Assembly (NCBI GenBank): GCA_973895155.1
Contig: OZ316895.1
Location: 9,784,184 to 9,848,183 of the forward strand
DNA from: Marsupella aquatica
Taxonomy: Eukaryota > Plantae > Marchantiophyta
Direction: 5' to 3'
Length of the DNA: 64,000 nt
In this document: piece by piece, positions 1 through 11,285 of the stretch
Layout of the letters: the number at the start of each line of letters is the position of its first letter
How positions within the stretch are numbered: the first letter of the stretch is position 1
Notes under the pieces: model-generated
The model's input: only the letters and a program-made list of their open reading frames with translations
The model's database searches: none
Told to the model about the DNA's origin: nothing
Translations under genes and position numbers: made by a program

Positions 1-996
1 TATTTGCCGTCAATGTGATTTTGCCCTGACACTAATTTGCACTTACGGTGGCTTTACAAAAAGTGAAGGACCCATTGTTCTTTAATTTAGTTCCCGCTTA
101 ATCTGAACAGTCTAATGAGTGGAAACTTCTCGAGTTGGCTTTGGAAGAACATGGGCCCACTAGGTTTGGTGTCTATCAACCTTACATGGCCCAAGAAGAT
201 GCTGATGTGGAGAAATGTGTCTAGAATTTAAAACTACCTTCAGGGGTGGTCCAAATTCACTTCAACAGATTTTTGGTATGGTGCCCATCTTAAGAACAAG
301 AAGGGCCATCCTGTTTGCTTTGGTGAAAAATAGTCACTAGTGGAGGGGACTCTTTGTAAAGTCACCCTTTAGAACAAGAAGTGCCATGTTTCATGCATCA
401 AAGAATGCATACATACGATAAGTTTGCTCCAAGGGTCCACCACTCGTGGAGTCAACGGGCAGCCAATGAAAAGGGCAGTCTCAGGCACTTGGGCCATGGT
501 CCCCTGCTCCCAGCTATTGACTATGTCAGGTTGTGAGTTTCAAACAACTCCCAAGTAATCCATTTTTTCCATATGACTTACCCACAACATGTGGTACAAA
601 GTATGGACTGCAACCAGTCATGGAGAGGCAGGAGCAGTCCAGGTGGGTAGCGGGGAGCACCAAAATGAGGGGCGTCAGGGGAAGCAACTCTCCCCACTCC
701 CCACAGAAGTGCCCCTTGCCCCAAGTGTGCGCTCCTTGGCTTTTGCTAACTCACAGATCTCCTGACCGTACTCCTCATTTGTAAGCAATCCTCGTTGCAT
801 GGAACCTTAAGCCTGATGGTAATTGTACATAAAAAATGAGCAGCATAAGGTGTATTGTGCTATGACAAGCTTTCACTAGTTGAATCTATTTTCCATTTCA
901 TGTTAAATCCAATCATTTTTTGTATCAGTGAGTGTTGCTCCTTCTCCTTGTCCAGTTGCTCGTCCAGTTGCTGCTGCTTTTTGATGTGCAGTTATC

Positions 997-1190
997 ATGA
1001 CCCTAACCGTGCCATACTTACTATGACCTGCTTGTTTACGTGCAGTTACCTTGACCCTAACCACGCTATACTTACCATCACCCAAACCTTGCCATTAGAG
1101 AGGGATTATTGAATATTTTTATGACCCTGACCGTGCCATACTTACCATGACCCGAAACTTGCCATTAGAGAGGGATTCTTGTATACTTTT
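997..1190. repeat. Diverged local tandem repeat (TGACCCTAACCGTGCCATACTTACCATGACC core, about 3 copies)
   Basis: Core recurs near 998, 1052 and 1122; the CTTGCCATTAGAGAGGGATT tail occurs twice (about 1088 and 1158). Confidence 0.75.
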
Positions 1191-2378
1191 CTCATTACTT
1201 GCATGTGATTTTTGCCTTGCACGAGGTTGCACTTAGAGATGGACTAATTATTCGCCAGGAATTCTGCACGAGACATTATTTAACAGCCGGGAAAAGGACC
1301 TGGGGGCGGCCGGAGCCCCGGTCCAGGATGCATGGATTATGTATATAATATAGGATAGAAACAGAGAAGTGAACTGTAGCAAGTCAACTCTTTAAATTAA
1401 GATAATCTGATGGGAAGCTGCACGGTTGGCAACGCGTATCAATCTGCTACGCTATGGATAACTTCGTGGAAAGTTGATTGTGGGTCTCGAGCAATTATTC
1501 CGTCGCTCGTCAGCTACTCGTCGGCGGAGGTGGGTAGCTGAACAGAAGAGGTTTCGATTCTCAGGCGCAACTGGGGAAGAGATTCCCGTGTACAGTGACG
1601 AGTGAAATGAATGAATCTCCCTTCTCTGCGACCTTCCTTGATCCCTCTGATTGCGAGCACGCGAGGTGGAGGGATGAGGACTGACCGAGCAGTCCAGTGG
1701 GTTGCAGACAGAGGTATTCACCGCTGAAGCATGAACCGCACCTAGTACAGACAGTTAGCCCTGTACTGAGATACAAAGAGAGACTGTTATCTACAGAAGT
1801 GATTGAAGTCTTGCATAATTGCCCAGCAGATGACTAGGAATTGCAGCACAAGCCTCAAATCATTCCAGTTTCAATTGAGCAGTGAGAGAGGTAGGAAATA
1901 TTGTAGATTGACTTGGAATTCGTGAATTCCAACCAGCCCAGTCATATTGAACACCCTCTGCTAGTCTTCGTTGCTAATCAGTCAATAAGCAAGTCGACCG
2001 TTTTTTGCACTTTCCTATGAGGGCTTTCATCACCTAAGACCCTCGGAAGCCGAATCCTGGTCCATCACCTTTCCTTGCATGGAGCAGGTACCACTCGCTG
2101 AGTGGAAGTGAGGGGATTTGTGATTGCGAGAAAGTGGCTAGGGTTTTAATCTTGCGACAGTATTTTGACTTCAAGGAGTTCATCGTATGTAGAATTCTGA
2201 GTAATCTTTGAGTTCATAGGTGGATCAATTGAGGTGTCCATTTCTGATCTTGTTCGAAGATTAAGAAGTCCATATTCGCGTGACAGCAAGAAGAGTATAC
2301 CTACGTCGAACTGTTGTAAGGATTAGAGGAGGAAAAGGAGGAGGATACCATAAGGTGAACTATTGCAGATCAGATACA

Positions 2379-3029
2379 ATGACAGGAATGTCTGTGGAGT
2401 TCGTGGGGAAGGCGGCAGTCGGACAGACTCCAGAAGGCACGAGCTCGGTGCAGATTTTGGGCAAAGCTGCGGTCGAGAGTGAGGACGGGACCTCACTGGA
2501 GATCATCGGTCAGGCGGCCGTGTCGCTGGATTTCATCGGGAAGGGTGTTGTGCAGGATTCAAAAGGGAACTCTGTAACTCGTGCACATATGGTCCATTTC
2601 TCGTGGACGAGTGCGTGTCTGACATGCACAGGGATCAGCCTCTGGTGCGTGATACTCTTCGTGCGGTTCGTTTACCTTTGGCAGCAATGTCTACTTGCCG
2701 GAGGAGCCAGCTCAATGTCCGTGGTGCGGGCCTCAGTGGTTCTCGGAACGGAGGTAGGGTTGTTCGCCATGGCCGTCTTGCTGGTCTTGTTGGTACCGAG
2801 AATGATCGTCACGTGGACGACTGCTGTGGTGTTCCAGTATATTCTCGGGGTAATTGTGAGTGGAGAGAGCGGCAAAAAGCAGATTGTTCGGGAGGGAAAT
2901 AAAATCGCCAAAGAAATCTCTTGGATCACACTCACAAGCGTCTTCGAGGAGGGAAATGCTGTGGCCGCTGCTGTCTTGATCGTTTGCTTCACGACCACCG
3001 CAGTTTTGAGAAAAATGCTCGCAGTCTGA
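2379..3029 (+). CDS. Unknown multi-pass membrane protein (about 216 aa) with an N-terminal 4x hydrophobic-G-K/Q-A-A-V repeat
   Basis: Open frame from ATG 2379 (or 2388) to TGA 3029. Repeats VEFVGKAAV, VQILGKAAV, LEIIGQAAV and LDFIGKGVV are followed by about 4 hydrophobic segments. A possible acceptor TTGCAG ends at 2368. No family recognised. Confidence 0.5.
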   Translation: MTGMSVEFVGKAAVGQTPEGTSSVQILGKAAVESEDGTSLEIIGQAAVSLDFIGKGVVQDSKGNSVTRAHMVHFSWTSACLTCTGISLWCVILFVRFVYLWQQCLLAGGASSMSVVRASVVLGTEVGLFAMAVLLVLLVPRMIVTWTTAVVFQYILGVIVSGESGKKQIVREGNKIAKEISWITLTSVFEEGNAVAAAVLIVCFTTTAVLRKMLAV

Positions 3030-4149
3030 TTATTCAACAGTGTCCAGAACTGAGTTGTTTGTTATTTCTCTGGTAATCCGACTTTTGAGACTCCGAACCA
3101 AGTAGACTTCTTTGGTTTCACCGGCCCCTTATCCGTGTGGATTCCAACCAACATATGCCCCCTTCTCCGTCGTCTACCAGCTCTTCAGAGGCCGGGTATG
3201 TTCAAATGTATGCGTCGGATATCTACCGAGTTATCTTCTCAATCTCTCGCGGTTTCCACAAACCGCTAACGCGACCCCGATAAAGCCTTAATTGGGTGAT
3301 GGGTTTGCGGGGAATTTGCACTTGTACAGAACGTCATGATCACATTGAGCTGCATCCTCTTGCCTTCGGCGGACCTACATTCCTAGATTGTTTTTCGACA
3401 ATAATCTTTTAGAGTACACAAGCTTCAGCAAAGTTAGAGGCCAGCTTTGTTCACGTCCTTCACATGAGGATGAAACAACGGGAGAAGCAGCAACGAAGAC
3501 GTACTTTTGAATCCAGTAATTAACAAGGAATCCGGAGCAAGAAAGGTCGCCCAGGCGGCCATCGATCAGCAAGATCATCCGGGGTTCTGGAGTGTGCAGT
3601 GGAGGATCGAGGCAGGCATTTACTTTTACATAAGAGTACCGATTCTCATTGGAGTGTGTACGCATTCTCGAGACGTGCGCGAAGCGCTGGTTAAGATGGG
3701 CACTAAAGTGGAATGCTGAAGGAGTTTTGAGTGTAAAGCCAGTCAGCCAGGTATACGTCACTAAAAGCTCTTGTACAAATTAATTGTATCATGGGAGTTC
3801 CGGGAAGAAAGTTGCAATGCTAGCGAGTTCGGAAAATTTCGAAGAGAGCACTGTTCAATCTCTTAGCTTGCGAAATGCAACTACGATATAAGTGACCAAG
3901 GAGTCTGCTGGTACCCTCAGATATATAGATTACCACTGGCCCTGACTTTTGTTGTCTGGCACATGCAGTGGACTGAATACTCAAGGAGTAATCTGAGTGC
4001 TGGTTTAAAGTTGCTGCAAAATAGCTTGCACCTTTGTTCTAACTCTCGTCAGTTGATGCTTTCAAATTCCTAATTATATGAATCCAAAGCCATGGTAGCA
4101 GGACTTCCAAACGTACCTCGCTATAAAACGAGTTATGTCGACCTCATTG

Positions 4150-4490
4150 CAGTGTTATGATTAATTGCATTGCATTGTCCTCTGCGTTTTGGTTAATGAA
4201 ACCGTCTCTGATGTACGTGAACGAATCTTCTCAAATCAATTTGATCTCCTTTGTCATTCCTCTGCGTTTTGGAAATCTGAATAGTCTCAAGTACGTGAAG
4301 GAATCTCCTCAAGTCAATTGGTCTACTTTGTCAGTGTTGGTATCATAAATTGCATTGCGCTCACTCAGTAGTCTCAGGTGAAGGAATCGGACCAGCTCAA
4401 TTAGTCTCCTCTTTAGTTGTGATATGATCACTTGCATCATGCTCTGCGTTTTGTTTTTGAAAGATTAGTAGTCTGAAGTGAAGGAATTCT
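4150..4490. repeat. Diverged tandem repeat of about 80-105 bp, 4 copies
   Basis: CTCTGCGTTTTG ... AGTCTC ... GTGAAGGAATC ... TCAATT motifs recur, with GTGAA(C/G)GAAT near 4217, 4295, 4378 and 4478. Confidence 0.7.
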
Positions 4491-6177
4491 ACGGACGAGT
4501 AGTGAATCTCACGGGCAAATCACTTCTTTCAGATCCAAAATGGTCACTCTAATCAGCTATGGCTTGGGCTCTGCAGCTTGCCATGGATTATGGTCCTTGC
4601 ATTATAATTACTTTACCATTGTGACATTGATCAGCCAACTGCCTCAACTGGGTGAACAATGATTATAATTGCCTGCTCGTGCCGTCTGAGCAGTAGCTTC
4701 TGAACGATTGATTGCACCATTACCCCCGCCCCAAAGTAAACCACGAAGGGTTAACCTACCAAACACTCCCAAATGTTAGTGATTTGGCTCATGATCCAAT
4801 TCTGAGTTTCACCATGTTCTCTTCTATGTGTTATGGTGTCTTAGATCAGGATTTTTGCAGACACTCCCCTGGTGCAGAAATGATTTGCTGGTAATCGTGT
4901 CTCTAATTGCAGCCATTACGAATCACAGCCTGTTACCCCCTCAAGGAAGATGGGCTACCCTACTCCGTTGAAGACCAAACACAAATTCTCCCTCCACAAC
5001 CTCGCTGAACCTTTGGAGAGAGACATAGGCAAACTGTCCAGTCCAACAGTATTCTTTGTATAAGATTCAGCTTCGCTGATATGAGAAAAAACCTGACCCA
5101 GAATATTCTCCCAGATTATCAATAAAAGCATTTAGTTTTTGGTTTACGGATGATGCTGAATCTAGCAGAAAGCATTAATTGGAATTCCCGCCATTAAGTT
5201 AAATGATGAAAGCTTTTCACTTTATTCCTGGCTAATTTTTGAAGCATCCGGTCCAGCAATCTATGCTGAATACCCAACAAACTTCTAAACAAAACTATGT
5301 CAATGCTCGTGCAGTGCATAGTATTGTTGATAGTAACTGATATTGAGCCAAAGTGAGATGGCTAGATCGAGGAAGTCAGACTCTACGGGGAGTCATCTAG
5401 TAAGTGGATTTCAAGGAGGGTGTAAGTTGTAACAAGAGTGATGGGTTGGGCACGGAAAAGATGCTTTGTGGCACCTTAGGCTCATCTCATGGTTAGGAAA
5501 AAATGTCACTGTAGTTAAACAGCTAGGGAGGCTTTGTAACACATTGGCATTTAGTAAAGACCATGAGAAAGAAGAGTGAAATGTGTATATTGTAATATTT
5601 AGATTTCTGGTATAACCAGGATAAAGCTTCACAAATATTGTAATCACTACAAATTTTGCCATTATTTCCATTGGAAAATAATATACTGCCAGAATGTAGC
5701 GTGAAAATTCAGCAATATCCTGAAAAATTTTAGCCCCCAAATCGAGGGTCTTATCAACAAATCCTGATCCTCAATTTGCATCCAATGACCACTAGCAATT
5801 GTGAACACCTTAGGGAAATTTTACAGAATTGCCCCACAAAGGTTTGAGACTTACTAAAATGTCACTTCAATGTCTCAATTGGATTAAATGTGTCCTTATT
5901 TACGGACCCAATGAGGGATCTCTTGCAAATTCCCTGGCACAAGAGTGCGCCATGTCAGCGCGGATGTAGACAAACAGGACTAGACGTGTTTGTGAGAAAA
6001 ACTAACCGCCCCCAATCGTGTTTGGGTTGGTTTAATTTGCCGTAACATTTAATGCGCCGTGCCATCAAAACTAAGAGTAAAAGTAGTAATAAAAATAACA
6101 AAAATACAAAGAATGAGATGGATCTTCTCTTAAACATAACCTTTTTTTTAACATTTGCATTTTGTCATATTAAAAGT

Positions 6178-6521
6178 TGTTAGATATTGCTCTAGTCTTG
6201 TGACTCATGAACTAACCACAGTTAATCTAACTCGGGTTAGGATTTAACTAATGTTAGCGATAGTGTTGTTGTGTATATAGCCAGGGCTGATGCCAGACCC
6301 TGGTGGAACTTAGGTTCATTGTTACGGAGCTAGTTGAGAGATAGGGAGAGTTTGTGTTGTGGATGCTTGGTATGGCCGGTCGGCCTAGAGTGCAGTAAAG
6401 CTCTTGTGTGTTCCCGTGGACATAGCCTCATGTGGAGGTGAACCACGTATCTCTCTGTGTCGACTATTGTGCGTTGGATGGTTCATGGGCTTGCCGTTGC
6501 GAATGTCGTCTATGCTCAACA
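6178..6521 (+). mobile_element. Solo LTR (344 bp), probably Ty1/copia
   Basis: Starts TGTTAG (6178) and ends TCAACA (6521), flanked by a perfect 5-bp TSD AAAGT (6173-6177 and 6522-6526). Contains CCCGTGGACATAGCC...GGTGAACCACGTATCTC, resembling the U5 motif of plant copia LTRs. Confidence 0.8.
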
Positions 6522-6999
6522 AAAGTAATCATTTATAAATTGTGTTTTCATTTTTTATTGAATTTTACTAAATGGATATATCAATGTTTGAGAAAGGGAA
6601 GTTAAGTAACTACCCAACACTCAATTCAATGGTGGAAGACCTTAGGCTCATTAGCGACGAAAGGCAATCTTGAGGCTCATTAAGAGCCTCGGGTACACAC
6701 CTGCCCGCGCCTACTGCCCGTCCTTTTACATATTTTTTTGAATGTTAATAGCGTGAATGATCCCCACTTTTTGGGTGGGGTGAATGTTAAAATGCATTCT
6801 TTGACACAACCGGTTTGGAACCCGGGACCTCCTGATCCCTAACTGATCTGTGCTACCATTGAATCTCTCCACAATTCGTGACAACATTCTTTCGCTCCAG
6901 ACATTTATCCTAAAATCAGACGCAATACATACAGGCAGCACTAACGAGGTAATCAATGCGGATTAGCATTAATTATCCTCGAGATTGAGTTTCGTCCTT

Positions 7000-7320
7000 A
7001 ATGGTACATGCTGAAGGATATTATGTCTCTCTCAGCACAAGAAACCCTGGAAGATTGGAGTAGACCATTTCCACAACATCCATGAAATCTTGTGAAGGAT
7101 TGACAACATCGTCATCACTTTTGTCAAAGAGTATGCGACGCAGCCTGGACTTCTCTGCAGTGGACATTAAATCCACAACATTGCGGATCTTTTCTCATAA
7201 TGACCTTGCCTGTTTGTGCTGGCTTGCGACATATCATAGCAAAGGCATCATCTTGTGCAACAATACGGTGCAAATTGCAAAAGCAGCCTTTTTAACATCA
7301 CCATTGACCATACCTTGCAC
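7000..7320 (-). pseudogene. Decayed coding fragment of unknown (possibly transposon) origin
   Basis: One minus frame reads protein-like (...KAAFAICTVLLHKMMPLL*YVASQHKQARSL*EKIRNVVDLMSTAEKSRLRRILFDKSDDDVV...) with in-frame stops; family not recognised. Confidence 0.3.
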
Positions 7321-8663
7321 TCATTTAGGTAGTTGTTTTCTTTTGTTAAGAGGGAGAGTGTGAGGGGTGGGAGTGGGATAGAAGGACTCTGGAGAAAGGG
7401 AACATAAGAAGGAGGACCCACAAGAGGGAGGAGAGAAGGGGCAGGGAGAGGATGAAAAAAGTGTTGCATCACCCTCCTTGGATCCCATAGTTTCCGTGAA
7501 TTGCCCGTCTCGCATAGATCTAATCAACTTGCCTCCATGGCACTTCTTTTCCTGAATGACTTCCTCCACAACATCTTTTGCACAACAGCATCTTCTACAC
7601 AAAGACATATTTTTTGCAACATCTTTTGTGGGCACAATCATAGAGCTACAATAGTTCCATATAATTAGGAATAGGATAATGTCCTGGTTAGAGGGCATTG
7701 TGGGATATACTGCCCGTAACCAAGACATTAATGTATGTAAAAACTTGAGTGACTTTTCAGTAACAAACAAGAAAAAGTGAATCCCTGAAATAGAAAATTC
7801 AAATTAAAGGGTCATCCAAGAAGTGGTTGCTATGGAATTGGCCAAAAATATAAGTTCTTTAGTTATATTAGATTCTATTCATAGATATTTTATTAGTATC
7901 AATCATCTTGAGATCTTGACTAAATTTAATTATTTTTTTGGTATAGTAAAATTATATTTAATTTTTACTTTTACTATATATATATATATATGGTGTATTG
8001 TATAATCCCCTCCTCAAAAAAAGGGGTGCATTATGGAGAATTAATGCATCTAACACTATAATAGGCAATCCCGCCCATTTGGTCACTTTCGTCCGTCATC
8101 CCGTTATGAATTTGAATATCAGCGGGAATGAAACTGAACCGTCAGATTAAAGCATCTCTTTTTTGTATCCATCCGATTGTGAAACAAGACATGCATCAGA
8201 TTTTGCTCCCTTCCGTGCACCCCCGTGCACTCCCGTGCACTCATTATGCCCCTCCATCCCCGCCCACAGCAAGGACCTCCGCATAGGGCTTCGCGACCCA
8301 CATTTACATTCCATGCACTTTCTCCCTATGGGACTGGCCCTCCTTGCAGAGTGCAACGCACTGGCATAGGGCTCGTTCAAATATACAAAGAGAAAAGTCA
8401 GGAAAATCTTTACGAGACTAATAAGCACCATTTGAAACTAGGCCATGATAACTTGGAAAACAGGTTAGTAAAAACTGGTTTTGGCGAACATGCTTTACGT
8501 ATTACACACGACTCCACTGGATACGGATCCGATACGCTTTGGGTACAGTATAGTATCGAACTTCGGTACAGTACAGACTGATCGACGATCAGCTATGTCC
8601 ACGCGTTCTCTGGGTATGTACCAGACTGACGATAGGGCAACAGTGCAACACCACCAGAGTCTC

Positions 8664-8990
8664 GTCGCCATGGAGTCATGGACGGCTATCTCAATCAATG
8701 GAGGAGCTCCCTTCGAGACCGGCCTGCTGTTCAGCTCGCCGGCTATGGCGATCAATGGGATCTATGGTTTGTTTATATATCCCATTATGTCATTGCCATG
8801 GACGGCCATCTCAAACAAGGAGTAGCTCTTTGAGACTTTTGTGATGTTTGGCTCGCCGACTATGGCGAGCTGTGGGATCTATGGGAGCTCTGGTTTTTCG
8901 ATGTATCTCAAAGAAAGGAGGAGCTCCCCTTGAGACCGCGATGTCGTTTGGGTGGCCGGCGATGGCTCGCTATGAGAGCTATGGTTTGGC
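8664..8990 (+). repeat. Three tandem 100-120 bp units, each self-complementary
   Basis: Unit pattern GCCATGG...ATCTCAA...GGAGGAGCTCCC...GAGAC...GCTCGC...CTATGGCGA, with ATCTCAA at about 8688, 8808 and 8905. In unit 1, GTCGCCATGG (8664) pairs with CTATGGCGAT (8743-8752). Confidence 0.75.
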
Positions 8991-9030
8991 GATATTGCTG
9001 TGCACATTTGAAATGTTGTTGTCGATGATG

Positions 9031-9262
9031 GTGTGCGCAGATGCGGAGTGAATCGGAGCTTTGGGTTGTTGATAGTGTGCGCAGGTCGGGAGAGTCTCGG
9101 AGCTTTGGTATGTTGTTGGTAGTGTGCGCAGATCGGGAGAATCTTGGAGCTTTTGTATGGTGCTTTGTTTTTGTTGTTGGTGTGTGCAGATCTGGAGTGA
9201 ATCGGAGGTTTGGTATGGTGCTGATTGTGTGCGCACAGATCAGGGAGAGTCTCGGAGCTTTG
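9031..9262 (+). repeat. Five-copy 45-58 bp minisatellite (GTGTGCGCAGAT...CGGAGCTTT)
   Basis: Copies start near 9031, 9075, 9122, 9180 and 9227. Confidence 0.85.
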
Positions 9263-9852
9263 CAAGGTCGGATCCTTCGCCAAGGGTTAGCTATCTGCTG
9301 TAAGCCACTCCCAGTCTACGATCTGGATTGTTGTCTGCAGATCGGTAGTGTGTTGGAGATCGATTGATACATGGTCGATCTGACGCTGATCTAAACGGAT
9401 TCTGTTGCTTTAGGCGAAGTATAGGGTGATCGAGTGGATCCGAGATTGATCCGATCTCCACTTTTACTCAGAGATCTGCCAGCTTGATATGTGAGGTAAT
9501 GTCTGGAATTTCTCACGAGAGGACAGCGTTTCCTTTGCGTGCCTTGGTATGACGGTATGGTATGGCAGTTCGAGGCGGTTTTGAAGTGATTTGCAGTCTT
9601 CCTTTCAGAGCCGTAGACTAGGGTGGGTTTCCGATAGGTTGTGCAACTGAATGATCTACTGAACTCTTCTGGCGCAATGGTCGATCGAGCGAGGAGTTTC
9701 TCTATCTCTTTCTCTATCTATCTGAAGAGTTTGAACTGAGAGCTCGTTGAGTCGTATTTCGAACAGATGTGGTGACATCCAACTCAAAACAAACCCTCTA
9801 GCGATAAGGTGTTGGAAGTTGATTCCAGTTTCCTCGTCGTTCTGACGGTCTG

Positions 9853-9953
9853 TGAAGTTGAACTGATGTTTCCAGGTGACGGAAGATCTGCATGAGATCA
9901 AAAGGCACCGAATCTTACAACAGATCTTACGTCACCTGGGAGAAGTCACTTCA
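9853..9953 (+). ncRNA. pre-miRNA-like stem-loop
   Basis: 9869-9890 TTTCCAGGTGACGGAAGATCTG pairs with 9921-9942 CAGATCTTACGTCACCTGGGAG (one mismatch, two G:U on +). The stem extends inward (TGAGAT/ATCTTA) and outward (TGAAGT/ACTTCA). Confidence 0.6.
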
Positions 9954-10018
9954 GCGTGATTGTCTAACTATTTCTCCCCACTCTTATCACGAACTGGGTC
10001 TTACCTGTTCTGTGAGAT

Positions 10019-10355
10019 CGGTGGCTAGACCCTTGGCTCCCGGAAGGGTTTCCCGGAGTTCGAGTTGTTGATGAAATCTTGGAGTTCGGAGTGGATGCAT
10101 CTTAGAGAACTTGTTGAGCGACTCAGTTATTGAAGCCACATCCCTCAGTGGCTCCGGTCTATCCAGGATCTGGAAGGATGCCCACGAGAGACCTGGAGAT
10201 CAGAGAGAGATTAAGCCTTGGATTTACACCCACATCACCCGTTTGGCCAGAGACTTGCAGGATGGCTAGTGCTTTGAGACTTCTACTCAGTTTCATCCAC
10301 TCCGCTCGCTCATATTCTGAGCCAGATCAGAAATTTTGTTAAAGGGCTAGTACTG
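10019..10355 (+). ncRNA. Long imperfect foldback, candidate small-RNA precursor
   Basis: CGGAGTGGATG (about 10087) is the reverse complement of CATCCACTCCG (about 10294). CGGTGGCTAGACCCTT pairs with AAGGGCTAGTACTG at the base, and further partial pairing is seen inside. Confidence 0.4.
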
Positions 10356-10649
10356 GGCGTGAGCGCTGAACTTTCTACGGTGGATTCTCTTTGGATGACT
10401 TCTATATTTGGATGGACTTGCGTGTCTGCCTTAGGCGTCTCCTCGAAGAGAAACCCGTGTTTATGGAGACTTTCTTTGATGGAAGGCTTTCGTCGGCTAA
10501 CAGTTTTGTGCTGCAGATCCTTGTCAAATTTATGTCTCACAGGGCCTGGGACGATTTATTATTGTGAACATGATTGTTGTGAAATGCTAAGTCCTGCTGC
10601 ACGCGAGGTCCGCATGATTTGACTCAAGTCAGGCGATCTTTGCAGGCGG

Positions 10650-11275
10650 TATGGCCTCTCAAGAAGTCGAAGGCTTCCGGGTTGTCCCGCAGAGCTGGAG
10701 TAGCAATGTCCAAAAGATCAGAACAGAAGCTAACAGGATGGGGAGCTGTCCAGATTCTCGGTATGTGTGGTATAGTCAAAGCTACCCTGGCAGAATTTAT
10801 TTCAAACAAAATTAGGCTCGGTTAGGTTAGGTTCATATCAATCCTTCGAATCTGGCTTGGCCCTTGTTTTTCGAGGGTAGTCTTGCCTACTCCACCCAGT
10901 GTCAATTTCACTTGATGACTTCGTATTGGAGTTGTAAGATTCTTGGGATGGGTGGCGTGAGCAAGGACACCTGGGAAAGACCAACACTTCTGTATTCTAG
11001 CCTACCCAGAGTAAATACTCACTGTTCATAATCTGGTTAAACTCTTGCTATTCCAGTGTAGTCTTGCCTACCTCACCCTTCCGATATACAAAGATGGGTC
11101 CAATTAACGGCTTAGAATTTGCAGTTGGCTTAGTAGCACTTTTTTGCCATGGTCGTCTTCCCTATTCCACCCATACCGACGAACGCTGATACTCCCACCT
11201 GGCGGCTGGCTCGTCGTCTTTCCGTGGAGCTGTTGCCCTGTTGCAGGAAGGCTGCCTCTTCTCCGATAAGAGGGA
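10650..11275 (+). ncRNA. Nested foldback carrying three miR482/2118-like guide arms
   Basis: Outer stem: 10740-10796 pairs with 11140-11197, extending loosely to about 10650/11275. Inner hairpin 10925-11105. Antisense P-loop 22-mers lie at 10881-10902 (TCTTGCCTACTCCACCCAGTGT), 11062-11083 (TCTTGCCTACCTCACCCTTCCG) and 11156-11177 (TCTTCCCTATTCCACCCATACC). Confidence 0.7.
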
Positions 11276-11285
11276 GACAGGTTCA

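Noticed and set aside
2672-3037. 121-aa minus-strand ORF
   Set aside because: Codon-aligned antisense shadow of the + strand membrane-protein ORF.
3375-3761. Short ORFs on both strands (128 aa and 70 aa)
   Set aside because: Non-ATG starts, no recognisable motif and no splice model.
9031-9262. CRISPR-like repeat-spacer array
   Set aside because: Eukaryotic context, degenerate repeats, spacers similar to each other and no cas genes; it is a minisatellite.
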